Under the pieces are notes generated by a model, which saw only the letters and a list, made by a program, of their open reading frames with translations, did not search any database and was not told the DNA's origin. Shown in pieces: positions 1 to 9,157 of a stretch of DNA of 32,514 nt (position 1 is its first letter; every line of letters begins with the position of its first letter). The stretch covers positions 1 to 32,514 of the forward strand of contig JANXCJ010000003.1 in NCBI GenBank assembly GCA_025060275.1. Direction: 5' to 3'. The stretch comes from Bacteroidia bacterium. Lineage in GTDB: Bacteria; Bacteroidota; Bacteroidia; SpSt-205. The translations under genes and the position numbers were made by a program.

Positions 1-1
1 C

Positions 2-916
2 TATGCATTAGCTACCCTTGCAGTGGGGTATACGGTTATTTACTTAGGCTATCATCTATATAGGCAGGGCAGCACTGAGCTTCTTCCGTGGAAGGGGCTG
101 CCGGTACTATATGCTAATGTGTTTTTGTGCCTGATAGTTTATCCTTTGATATATCTTATAGAGCGAACTTTTCGTATAAGTTCGGACATCACATTTTTGG
201 AATTATTGGATACTAATCATCCTCTTTTGAGGGAGCTTGCGCGTAAAGCTCCAGGTACTTTTCAGCATAGTTTAGCAGTAGCAGCCTTAGCAGAAGCAGC
301 AGCTCAAAAAATAGGCGCTCACCCCCTCAAAGCCCACGTAATGGCACTCTTTCATGATATAGGTAAGTTGGAAGCCCCTCAGTTTTTTGTTGAGAATTTT
401 GCTACTGTATCCCATGGGGGAGTACCCAATCCTCATTATAATCTGACCTTTCACGAAAGTGCTACGATAATTCGCAATCATGTTGAGTATGGTGTGTATT
501 TGGGAATGCGCCATCGTCTCCCCAGAGAGATAATCGGAGGAATTAGAAGCCATCACGGAACGAGTTATATCCAATATTTCTGGGAAAAACAGAAGAGCCA
601 AAATCCCCAAGAGGCTATGTTGTTAGAGGAAGATTTCCGCTATCCAGGTCCTCTGCCTACTACTAAAGAAGAGGCTATTCTTATGTTGGCTGATACACTG
701 GAAGCCAGTACGCGCGCCATACCTTCACTCACCCCTGAAAAACTTCGGAAACACATCCAGAAAATGATTCAACAGCGAATAGCGGAGGGACAGTTGCGCT
801 CTTCCCCGATTACCTTTGCTCAAATCCAAGAGTTAGAAGAGGTTTTCTATCAGCAGCTCCTTTCTCTCCATCATGCCCGCATTAGCTATCAGGAAAAACA
901 GCCTGAGTTGGTATAA
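2..916 (+). CDS. 7TM-HDIG domain metal-dependent phosphohydrolase (PgpH-like), 5'-truncated by window edge
   Basis: Frame is open from base 2. N-terminal TM segments, then LLELLDTNHPLLRELARKAPGTFQHS, FHDIGK, SHHGT, FRYPGPLP and LMLAD motifs typical of 7TMR-HD proteins. Confidence 0.9.
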   Translation, partial: YALATLAVGYTVIYLGYHLYRQGSTELLPWKGLPVLYANVFLCLIVYPLIYLIERTFRISSDITFLELLDTNHPLLRELARKAPGTFQHSLAVAALAEAAAQKIGAHPLKAHVMALFHDIGKLEAPQFFVENFATVSHGGVPNPHYNLTFHESATIIRNHVEYGVYLGMRHRLPREIIGGIRSHHGTSYIQYFWEKQKSQNPQEAMLLEEDFRYPGPLPTTKEEAILMLADTLEASTRAIPSLTPEKLRKHIQKMIQQRIAEGQLRSSPITFAQIQELEEVFYQQLLSLHHARISYQEKQPELV

Positions 917-1099
917 AAGTAAAAGAGAAGTGCCTTAAGTCACATTAGTATGGGATAGTACCGGAGGGGTAAGATACATCTTTTGTTTCATCATACGTTT
1001 TCCTGCTGGCGATTCATCGGATAAAGCTATATTAGGTGAAAGAGATGGGTTCTGCCCGTAGGGGATGAATGAAAAGCTCCCCATGTAAAAAAATTTTTC

Positions 1100-1107
1100 T
1101 TACTTTG
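1100..1107 (+). promoter_or_regulatory. Possible Bacteroidota -7 promoter element (TTACTTTG, near-consensus)
   Basis: One mismatch to TAnnTTTG, with an AT-rich upstream tract, about 90 nt before the ATG at 1198. Confidence 0.35.
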
Positions 1108-1197
1108 TCGGGAACTTACATAAGACATTGCAGGTAATAGGTGGGTATCCCCGTCTATACATGGATGCGTAATGTAAGTGAAACATAAGTGTTGCTT

Positions 1198-2566
1198 ATG
1201 AAAACGCAGAACATATTCGGCTTGAGCATGGCGTCCTTACTATTGTGGGGGCAAACAACTGTACTTGTTGATCCAACTAGTCAAGGAAGCTTTGAGGTCT
1301 CAGGCTCAGCAGGTTGGACAGTTGCTAATCAGTCGGGAAGCCCTAACCAGTGGTGTATTGGCAGTAGTGGTAAATGCTTCTCATGGCAGCAGGTGTGCTT
1401 ATATAACCGATAATAGTAGCTGTACGGAGCATCACTACAATCCTAATACTTCTACGACTGTCCATTTGTATTACCCTATTACCATCCCTCTCGGACAAAT
1501 TTATCTAACCCTCTCCTTCAAAGCTAAGCTTAAGGGAGAATATGCCGACTTGATGGAAGTGTTCCTAGTGCCTCGAGCTACTTCTATCATGGGTGGCCAA
1601 CCCTTGAATAGTTATGCACGCCTATTCAAAGTTTTATATGACTCTGATGGTTATGAGCCCGAAGCCTATGTAGTCTCTCCTACGAACTGGGTCGTAGTTA
1701 CACATCATACGTGCAGCGAACCTGGTGATTATTATTTAGTATTCACATGGAGGAATGATAACTCGCTGGGGCTTGACCCCCCCATAGTTTTGGATGAGGT
1801 TTCTTTGACTGCCTCAGCGGTACAGCCAGACCCTGGGGCAGCCCTTGGAAGTGGGGTAACTGTGATTAAATAACTTTCCCTATACTCATAGTTCTGTTCC
1901 TACTACTACTTGTGGGCAAGTAAATGACCTACAACCCTTCAACATTCGGAATAGGTGTAGTGAAAACTCATTTGGGAGGTGAAGACCGGGTATGGGCATT
2001 CACTGCACCTTAAGATGGATGTGTGCGTGTGTCATTTTATAGGTGATACCCTTGAGACTTCAGAGGCTTGGAGGTATTTCGGCCTGCAGCTTTTTGAGGG
2101 TAATCCGGTGGCTTGTGGTAGATGCATAGCGTCTCATACTACTTCTTCTCAGGCCCGACGCACACTCCAAGCAAATGTTATCGCTGGTAAAAAGTACTAC
2201 TTACTTTTAGATAACTACACGCCTCCTGCATGTGGCCGCTTTTTAGAAATGCAGATTACGTTTACTACAGGTGGTTGTGCATCAAGTTTGGAATCTCTGG
2301 AGGGAGAAGCAGGTCTAAGCTGGTCCCTAAGCCCCTCACCGGCCTATGGTTTTATTCGGCTCAGTGGCTATCTTACCGATAGTCGTGACTTTCACATCCA
2401 GGTACTTAGTGCTAGTGGGAAACTAATCTATGAAGAATGGATAGGGGAAGTTGTTGGGCATTTCAATTATGTTATAAACTCAGGGTCTTGGAGCGGGGGC
2501 TTGTATCTAATCCGGCTAAGCGATGGTATAACCACTTCCTCTCGCTCTATTCTTATATTGAAGTAG
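1198..2566 (+). pseudogene. T9SS type A sorting-domain secreted protein, disrupted by 4 frameshifts and 1 nonsense codon
   Basis: Signal peptide MKTQNIFGLSMASLLLWG|Q. Protein-like sequence continues across +1 shifts near 1372, 1868, ~1963-1976 and 2035, plus an in-frame TAA at 2011-2013. The C-terminus SPSP...GLYLIRLSDGITTSSRSILILK resembles a T9SS CTD. ORF-track pieces 1189-1413, 1265-1873 and 1979-2566 are fragments of it. Confidence 0.8.
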
Positions 2567-2702
2567 ATAAATAAAACAGCACCATGCTCGTATAAGAGCA
2601 TTTGCCATAGTACGCATGTGTTGGTATCAATATCCCAGATTTAGCTGTAGACCCTGGCATGTTCTTTCCACTCTCGGGCATAAATGCCTATGCTTTGGGC
2701 AG

Positions 2703-4619
2703 TTAAGTAGCGAGTATAGCTGCATCACCTTTTACAAGCGGGCGGTATCTTAGGGAGGGCGAAGGAATCAGCTCTCCCAAGCCATACTCGGCCCAGCGTC
2801 TGTCTACTTTCTGGATAGTCTCTTCGTTCATCACGATTACATTAGGCCAGGGGCGAGCAAAGCCATCTAATTCAGCACTCTTAGTAGAAGCATCTAATAT
2901 TAGATGGGGGCGTCCCTCAGCGTCACAGATGAGCTTTGCATCTCGCCGCATGTCGGTATTATTTGCGAATCGCCAGAACACATCTCCTAAGTCTTGGATA
3001 GACATATCGCCGTCAAGTAGGACAATTACTTTGACGCCAGCAAAAAGAGGATGACAAGCTATTTTTTCTCCTAAGGTTAGCCCTTGTTTTGGTTGGGTTT
3101 TTCTAAAGCGCCCTATCCACACGGGAATCCCCCGCTCCAAGAGGCGCAGATTTACTTCCTCAATTTCTGGAAATTCTTTTTGGAGAGCTGAGGTACCGAG
3201 AAGGCTCACAGTAGGAGAAGGATATGAGAGAGGAGGCAGTATGCGCTCCTCAGGTAACTTGCGCGTCCCATCTATGCCCAGCTTCCCTCCAAATCCCGCT
3301 TGACTGCATGCATGATCTAGGACATCTATAGGCCCTTGGCTAAAGATGATATCCGTACGAAGGTCTAAATTCTCCGCTATTAACTCAGCTACTCTCCAAT
3401 AGTCTCTTAGGGGCACGTCTTTATCTACTATCAAGGCTATCTTAGTGAGCATTAGCTGTCCTGCACCCCACAGAGTGTGTATAGCTTTTAGACCTTGACC
3501 AGGGTAAGCCTTTTCAATAGAAGCTATAGCTAAATTGTGAAAAACACCCTCTATTGGCAATTCTATATCCACTAATTCAGGTAGAAACGTAAGGCGAAGC
3601 GGAGCTAAGAAGATTCTCTCTGTAGCTTTTCCCAGCCAGGCATCCTCCTGAGGGGGAATACCTACTATGGTAGCAGGATAGATAGCTTCTCGCCTATGCG
3701 TAATAGCTGTTACATGAAAAGCAGGATAATAATCGGGAAGTGAGTAATACCCTGTATGGTCTCCAAAAGGCCCCTCTAAAACTAAAGGCTCATGTGGGTC
3801 CACATACCCCTCTATCACAATATCCGCATCTGCAGGTACTTCTATGGGCTGTGTGATGCAAGGAACCATTTCTACTCTGCGGCGGCGCAAAAAACCTGCT
3901 AGAATGTATTCGTCTATATTCTCAGGCAAAGGGGCTGTTGCAACATAAGCATACACAGGGTCTCCACCAAGGGCAATTGCTACAGGCATCTTTTCTCCTT
4001 TAGCCTTCCAGGCCTCATAGTGGCGGCGTGATACTTTGTGTAGTTGCCAGTGGATCGCAGTGGTGTAGTCATCAAATACCTGAACTCTGTACATGCCGAC
4101 ATTGCGTATGCGAGTCTCTGGGTGATATGTATGTATAATAGGTAGCGTGATGAAAGGGCCACCATCCAAGGGCCAGCACTTGAGAATAGGGAGCATGGAA
4201 AGCCTTGCTTCTTTACCTATATGCACTACCTCTTGACAAGGGGGGTGTCGAAGCTTTACTCTGCGAGGAAGGTAGCTTGCTAGTTCTCCAAGGGTAGGCA
4301 GGAGTGCAAGCTTTTCTCGCAGGGAATTTTTCGGAGCTGTAAGCTTGCGGAAGAGATTTAGTACTCTCTCTGATACCTCTTCTATGCGAGAGGCTCCGAG
4401 CGCTAATGCCATGCGTCTCTCTGAGCCATAGGCATTTATCAGGAGGGGAAAGGAAGTACCTGTATTCTCAAAGAGCAGCGCGGGTCCGCCTGCTTTCGTA
4501 ATTCGGTCAGTAATCTCAGTAATCTCTAAATGAGGTGAGACAGCTATAGCTATTCGCTTAAGCTCACCTGCCGCTTCTAGCCGGGCTATGAATTCCCGTA
4601 GTCCACCCCTCTTGGACAT
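2703..4619 (-). CDS. ubiD: UbiD-family menaquinone biosynthesis decarboxylase (futalosine-pathway type, long form)
   Basis: LEITEITDR, GGPALLFEN, RNVGMYR, EGPFGDHTGYY and GPIDVLDH motifs. 638 aa with an extra C-terminal domain copy. ATG at 4619 preferred over TTG at 4634. Confidence 0.88.
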   Translation of the reverse strand: MSKRGGLREFIARLEAAGELKRIAIAVSPHLEITEITDRITKAGGPALLFENTGTSFPLLINAYGSERRMALALGASRIEEVSERVLNLFRKLTAPKNSLREKLALLPTLGELASYLPRRVKLRHPPCQEVVHIGKEARLSMLPILKCWPLDGGPFITLPIIHTYHPETRIRNVGMYRVQVFDDYTTAIHWQLHKVSRRHYEAWKAKGEKMPVAIALGGDPVYAYVATAPLPENIDEYILAGFLRRRRVEMVPCITQPIEVPADADIVIEGYVDPHEPLVLEGPFGDHTGYYSLPDYYPAFHVTAITHRREAIYPATIVGIPPQEDAWLGKATERIFLAPLRLTFLPELVDIELPIEGVFHNLAIASIEKAYPGQGLKAIHTLWGAGQLMLTKIALIVDKDVPLRDYWRVAELIAENLDLRTDIIFSQGPIDVLDHACSQAGFGGKLGIDGTRKLPEERILPPLSYPSPTVSLLGTSALQKEFPEIEEVNLRLLERGIPVWIGRFRKTQPKQGLTLGEKIACHPLFAGVKVIVLLDGDMSIQDLGDVFWRFANNTDMRRDAKLICDAEGRPHLILDASTKSAELDGFARPWPNVIVMNEETIQKVDRRWAEYGLGELIPSPSLRYRPLVKGDAAILAT

Positions 4620-4645
4620 GCAAAATAGAAACAATAATCATGAAC

Positions 4646-5821
4646 TCATATGCGTTCTATGACTATAGCTGAGGCGCCCCCTCCGCCGTTACATATGCCT
4701 ACTGCCCCATATTTGCCTCCTGTATGATTCAGGGCTGTCAAGAGTGTGACTAATATCCGGGCTCCACTCGCACCTAGCGGATGCCCTAATGCCACAGCTC
4801 CGCCTAATATGTTCAACTTCTCTGTAGGGATGCCTAAGAGCTTTTGATTGGCTAAGGCTACGACTGCAAAAGCCTCATTTATCTCAAAGAGGTCTATCTC
4901 CCTTATTTGCATGCCTACCCTTTGGAGAGCTTTCTGAAGAGCATCTGTAGGAGCGATAGTGAACCACTCTGGCTCCCTTGCAGCGTCTGCCCAGCCGATA
5001 ATCCGTGCAAGAGGAGTAAGTGAGTATCTTTTGAGAGCCTCTTCACTGGCTAAGATGAGAGCGGCAGCCCCGTCATTAATCTTAGAGGCATTCGCTGCTG
5101 TGATGGTGCCATCAGGCTTGAAGGCAGGCTTTAGGGTAGGGATTTTCTCAAAATTAGCTTTCTTAGGCTCTTCATCTTCTCGTATTTCTTCGGTTTTGCC
5201 TTTGAGTGTAATAGGTACGGCAGCTATTTCATTACGGAATATGCCTTGGGCTTGGGCTTCTTGAGCACGCTTGTAGGAAAGGATGGCATATTCATCTTGC
5301 ATTTCTCGGGTAATTTGGTAAGTGGAAGCGCAGTTCTCGCTGATTGTGCCCATTGTCAGCCCACAGTAAGCATCCTCTAATCCATCTCGTAGAATGCCAT
5401 CTATAGCTTGAGTGTGTCCATAGCGAGCTCCACTGCGCAAGTGTGGTAGATAGAAGGGCACCTGACTCATGTTTTCCATTCCTCCCACAGCGATAAGGTC
5501 TGCTTGCTGAAGTGCTATCGTTTGTGCTCCTAAGATTACTGCTTTTAGTCCAGAAGCACATACTTTATTGACAAGGGTAGTAGGTGTAGTGGGAGGAAGC
5601 CCCGCTTTGAGAGCTACTTGGGTAGCAGGTGCTTGGCCTAAGTTCGCAGATAAGACATTTCCGAAATATAGCTCTTCTATGGCTGTAGGGGGGATATTTG
5701 CTTGCTCCAAGGCTGCCTTTAGAGCGATTGCCCCTAAATCAGGTGCAGGGACAGCGGATAGGCTCCCCAAAAAGCTCCCTATGGGAGTACGCTTTGCAGC
5801 TACGATATATATGGGTCTCAT
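4646..5821 (-). CDS. atoB: Acetyl-CoA C-acetyltransferase (thiolase)
   Basis: RTPIG, NKVCASG (catalytic Cys), NEAF, GHPLGASG and CNGGGG motifs. Confidence 0.93.
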   Translation of the reverse strand: MRPIYIVAAKRTPIGSFLGSLSAVPAPDLGAIALKAALEQANIPPTAIEELYFGNVLSANLGQAPATQVALKAGLPPTTPTTLVNKVCASGLKAVILGAQTIALQQADLIAVGGMENMSQVPFYLPHLRSGARYGHTQAIDGILRDGLEDAYCGLTMGTISENCASTYQITREMQDEYAILSYKRAQEAQAQGIFRNEIAAVPITLKGKTEEIREDEEPKKANFEKIPTLKPAFKPDGTITAANASKINDGAAALILASEEALKRYSLTPLARIIGWADAAREPEWFTIAPTDALQKALQRVGMQIREIDLFEINEAFAVVALANQKLLGIPTEKLNILGGAVALGHPLGASGARILVTLLTALNHTGGKYGAVGICNGGGGASAIVIERI

Positions 5822-5853
5822 AAGGGCAAATTAAGTAACTAAGTTAATCAATT

Positions 5854-7068
5854 TCATCTGCCGCTAAGAGGAGCATGCATGTCAATAATATGGCGCTTCC
5901 TTATTGCGCGTGAACGGGCTTCTGCCGTGAAATAATACCTAAATGTGGCATGAATTCTTGAGCGGCGAGCTTGTGTGGCTTCTAATACTGCCAACATGGC
6001 GGGGTTGAAATCACCTACCCAGCTCAGTTCTGCATGGGTAAAACCCATCTGGATCACAGGAGGTACGGGTAGGTACGCTAAAGCGGACTCTAACCCCCTT
6101 CGCTGAAATTTTGGACGAACCCCCATGAGCATAACTCGGAGTTTTGTGAGGATGCCATGCTTGCGGTACCAGGCATATCGGTTTCGCTTGCGCCACAGGA
6201 ATGTAAGAAGCTGAAAGAGTGTAGGTTTTCCTCTCCATGGACGGAAAATCTGATTGAGGTCTGGGATAGCCAAAATAATCCCTGCTGGTTCTCCTCCCAC
6301 GTAAGCAAAGTATATGAGTTCTGGGATGAGGATAGGCTTTAGGCTCTCCACTAAGCGGATAACTCGGTTTTCTGAGAGGGGTACGAAATGCTCATGAAAT
6401 TGCCAGGCATCGTTGTAGATAGTGCGGAAGTCCATCGCATACTTGTATAGGTTGTGAAGGTCGGGGTAGGCAAATTCCACGCCCTCTTTTTGTGCGGCTC
6501 GCTGGGCGATACGAGCTATTCTCTCCGGAATTTCACTAAGCCTCAGCTCCCGAGACTCCTGCTGGAAATATAGCTCAAAACCATAGCGCGTAAGGAAGTC
6601 CGCATAATAAGGCTTGTTATAGGGCATTCCATAAGCAGGAGGTGAGTCAAAACCCTCAATGAGTACCCCCCAAAAACGATCATTTTCTCCAAAGTTTACA
6701 AATGCATCTGCTGCCTCCATGCCCCTTTCTGCGAGCCATGCCTGCGCCGTAGAAATAAGGTCTGCTGCTACTGAATAGTCTTCTATGCATTCAAAAAAAC
6801 CCATTCCTCCTGTGGGCACAGCATATCTGTGGGCTTTGGGGTAATAGATGAAGCTTGCGATGCGTCCTAAAACTCGCCCTTTTCTATCTTGGGCTATCCA
6901 CCATTGGGCTTCTCCCTCTGCGAAGTGGGGATTCTTGTTGGGATTGAATAGCGCGCGCAGTTCCATATCTAAGGGTCCTACCCAATTTGGATCCCCTGCA
7001 TAGAGCTCTCGGGGAAGCTCTAAAAAGGCAGCTTGCTGGGTGGCATTGCGAACGGGTAGGACAGCCAT
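5854..7068 (-). CDS. YghO-like tandem GNAT acyltransferase (bacterial ceramide synthase bCerS-like)
   Basis: FLELPRELY.GDPNWVGPL, GRIASF, GFFECIED, LIEGF...MPYNKPYY, MGVRPKFQRRG (acyl-CoA-binding loop) and ELSWV motifs. Confidence 0.7.
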   Translation of the reverse strand: MAVLPVRNATQQAAFLELPRELYAGDPNWVGPLDMELRALFNPNKNPHFAEGEAQWWIAQDRKGRVLGRIASFIYYPKAHRYAVPTGGMGFFECIEDYSVAADLISTAQAWLAERGMEAADAFVNFGENDRFWGVLIEGFDSPPAYGMPYNKPYYADFLTRYGFELYFQQESRELRLSEIPERIARIAQRAAQKEGVEFAYPDLHNLYKYAMDFRTIYNDAWQFHEHFVPLSENRVIRLVESLKPILIPELIYFAYVGGEPAGIILAIPDLNQIFRPWRGKPTLFQLLTFLWRKRNRYAWYRKHGILTKLRVMLMGVRPKFQRRGLESALAYLPVPPVIQMGFTHAELSWVGDFNPAMLAVLEATQARRSRIHATFRYYFTAEARSRAIRKRHIIDMHAPLSGR

Positions 7069-7075
7069 CCGATTA

Positions 7076-7083
7076 CAAATTTA
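7076..7083 (-). promoter_or_regulatory. -7 promoter element TAAATTTG for the GNAT-thiolase-ubiD unit
   Basis: Exact TAnnTTTG match on the minus strand, 7 nt upstream of the ATG at 7068. Confidence 0.55.
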
Positions 7084-8013
7084 GCGGTGGGGCTTCTTTC
7101 TGGTTTCTTGCCAAAAAGATTTATCCACTCTTCTCTCTATCTCTTTTTCTATGCTGTCAGGCAGTCGGGGGAAAAAGTCAATCCCTGTAAGTTTTTCTAC
7201 AGAGTCTACAGGTACCAGAAAATCTAAGGGTCTTCGCTTAGAAGGGGCATGGGGTACTAAGAAAGCTACTGCACGAGGGGATTTTTCTGCCTCTATCCAA
7301 TAAACTGCCTTGTAAAAGGCCCCTGGTACAGCTATGCGACTTTTCCCGATGTATTCTATGGGATTGCTCAGGATAGGGCCTGTGTATACCACTAATCTCT
7401 TCTTTTGTTTTGCCCACTGGCGCACTATGCTTTCTACCTCCTCCCAGATTCCAGCATTGAACTCATGGATTTGCGGGCTCATATTAGAGAGAAAGAAGGT
7501 CTCACTCATTCCTACTGAGTCCCACTTGAAGTCTCCAGCGGGCACAAGGTGTCCTCTGTCATAGCCTGAGTGCCGGTAGTCCTCTAAATTAGCGGAGCCT
7601 GTTTTTACCATAGGGTCTGGCCTGAAGTCCTGTGTGCGTCTTAGACGTCCCTTGCTCAGCTTTTCTCCTTCCAGAATGTGCACTGTCCAGCGGGGCTGCT
7701 CATTCTGCTCATCATAACATAAGGCATAATACTTGTGCTGGACTATTTCGCAGTTTGGCGATTCGGCAAAGGTGAAGGATAAGCTCAGCTGGGAAGGAAG
7801 CCCTAAACTTTCTTCCTTAGGCTTTGATAAAGGCTCTTTTTGAGCAGGAGTAGGAGTAGCTGGAGTGCTATCCTGGGGAGTTTGAGTGAAAGAAATCTCT
7901 TGGTACTTGGTGATGAGGGTGTGGGAGGCCTTTTGGGCGGCGAGCCTCTCCCAAATAAGCCAGGTAGCTACGCCCAAAACAATTAGAAGTCCCAAAAGGA
8001 GTAAAACACGCAT
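7081..8013 (-). CDS. DNA/RNA non-specific endonuclease (NucA/EndA family), N-terminally membrane-anchored
   Basis: N-terminal hydrophobic helix, Pro/Thr linker, YDRGHLVPA catalytic motif, NMSPQ..FNAGIW and TGIDFF. Confidence 0.92.
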   Translation of the reverse strand: MRVLLLLGLLIVLGVATWLIWERLAAQKASHTLITKYQEISFTQTPQDSTPATPTPAQKEPLSKPKEESLGLPSQLSLSFTFAESPNCEIVQHKYYALCYDEQNEQPRWTVHILEGEKLSKGRLRRTQDFRPDPMVKTGSANLEDYRHSGYDRGHLVPAGDFKWDSVGMSETFFLSNMSPQIHEFNAGIWEEVESIVRQWAKQKKRLVVYTGPILSNPIEYIGKSRIAVPGAFYKAVYWIEAEKSPRAVAFLVPHAPSKRRPLDFLVPVDSVEKLTGIDFFPRLPDSIEKEIERRVDKSFWQETRKKPHR

Positions 8014-8017
8014 AGCC

Positions 8018-8025
8018 TAAAAGTA
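8018..8025 (-). promoter_or_regulatory. Near-consensus -7 element TACTTTTA, 4 nt before the nuclease ATG
   Basis: Minus strand reads TACTTTTA-GGCT-ATG. Confidence 0.45.
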
Positions 8026-8048
8026 AGCTTTTCAATGGTAGTTCTTAG

Positions 8049-8056
8049 TAGTTTTG
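8049..8056 (+). promoter_or_regulatory. -7 promoter element TAGTTTTG for prfB
   Basis: Exact TAnnTTTG, 5 nt before the ATG at 8062. Confidence 0.6.
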
Positions 8057-8061
8057 TAGGC

Positions 8062-9142
8062 ATGACGCATGAAGCCCTCAAGCAGCTTAAGGAGCGCCTC
8101 TCGGTGCTAAGGAGGTTTCTTTGACATCTCTCAGAGAGAAGCCTATGTCTCTGCCTTAGAGGCTCAAGCACAGGCACCAGATTTCTGGGAGGACCCTGAT
8201 AGGGCCCAGAAAATCTTGTCTGAGCTAAAAGCTGAGCGAGAGTGGGTAGAGAAATTTCAGCGGGCTGCTTCGGCTGTGGAATTAGCCGAAATGGCTTTAG
8301 AGCTCAGTAAAGAAGATAGCTTAGCAGAGGATGAGGTTCGGAGGGCTTTTGAGGAGGCAGAAGAGTACCTCGTAGAGTTAGAGTGGCAGAAAATGCTTTC
8401 TTCGCCAGAGGACAGCTATGGATGTGTAATAGAAATCAATGCAGGTGCAGGGGGTACGGAGGCCCAAGATTGGGTGGCTATGCTGGCGCGTATGTACACT
8501 ATGTACGCACAAAAAAAAGGTTGGAAGGTCGGAATCATTGATGAACTGATAGGGGATGGGGCAGGCTACCGAAATATTACCTTAGAGATAGATGCTCCCT
8601 ATGCTTATGGCTATCTGAAAGGAGAGAGTGGCGTGCATAGACTTGTGCGAATTTCCCCCTTTGATGCTAATGCGCGTAGGCATACTTCTTTTGCCGGCGT
8701 CTTCGTTTATCCACTCGTGGATGATAGAATAGAAATAAAGATAGATCCTAATGACTTAGAGTGGGATACATTCCGAGCTGGAGGGCATGGGGGGCAGAAC
8801 GTAAATAAAGTTGAAACAGCTGTCCGAGTGAAGCATATTCCCACGGGAATTGTAGTAACTTGCCAGCAAGAGCGCTCTCAGCATCAAAATCGTGAAAAAG
8901 CCCTACAGATTCTCAAAAGCCGCCTCTATCAATTGGAACTCCAAAAGAGACAAGAAGAAAGAGCTAAGATTGAGGCGCAAAAGCGCCCTATTGAATGGGG
9001 CTCTCAGATTCGCAGCTATGTGCTACATCCCTATAAGCTCGTCAAAGACCTTCGCACTAACTACGAGACAAGCGATGCTTTTGGGGTATTAGACGGAGAT
9101 ATTGAAGCTTTTTTGAAGAGCTACCTTCTGCAATTTTCTTGA
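8062..9142 (+). CDS. prfB: Peptide chain release factor 2, with programmed +1 frameshift (join 8062..8121, 8123..9142; ~359 aa)
   Basis: The ATG 8062 frame ends CTT TGA at 8119-8124. The +1 frame continues GAC ATC... into the ORF-track frame. SPF specificity motif and GGQ are present. Confidence 0.97.
8110..8125 (+). promoter_or_regulatory. prfB +1 ribosomal frameshift signal (AGGAGG-TTT-CTT-TGA-C)
   Basis: Canonical internal SD 3 nt before the slippery CTT TGA C. Confidence 0.95.
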
Positions 9143-9157
9143 GGGAAGAACTCTATC

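Noticed and set aside
917-1099. Longest intergenic stretch, examined for tRNA, riboswitch, CRISPR and IS ends
   Set aside because: No cloverleaf, direct-repeat array, terminal inverted repeats or recognisable riboswitch consensus.
2584-2601. Hairpin ATGCTC-GTATAA-GAGCAT after the pseudogene, also GGCAT-AA-ATGCC near 2677-2688
   Set aside because: Stems are short and lack a convincing U-tract, so they cannot be called terminators.
7081-8013. Nuclease as a possible defence or toxin system
   Set aside because: Ordinary membrane-anchored NucA/EndA type, with no immunity, defence or mobile genes nearby.
7983-8177. 64-aa minus-strand ORF
   Set aside because: Antisense to the prfB 5' end and spans the promoter region, with no recognisable motifs.
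8511-8518. A8 tract in prfB
   Set aside because: Encodes Gln-Lys-Lys in an essential gene, so phase variation is implausible.
8216-9142. ORF-track start of RF2 at TTG 8216
   Set aside because: The true gene starts at 8062 and uses the programmed frameshift. It is neither truncated nor a pseudogene.
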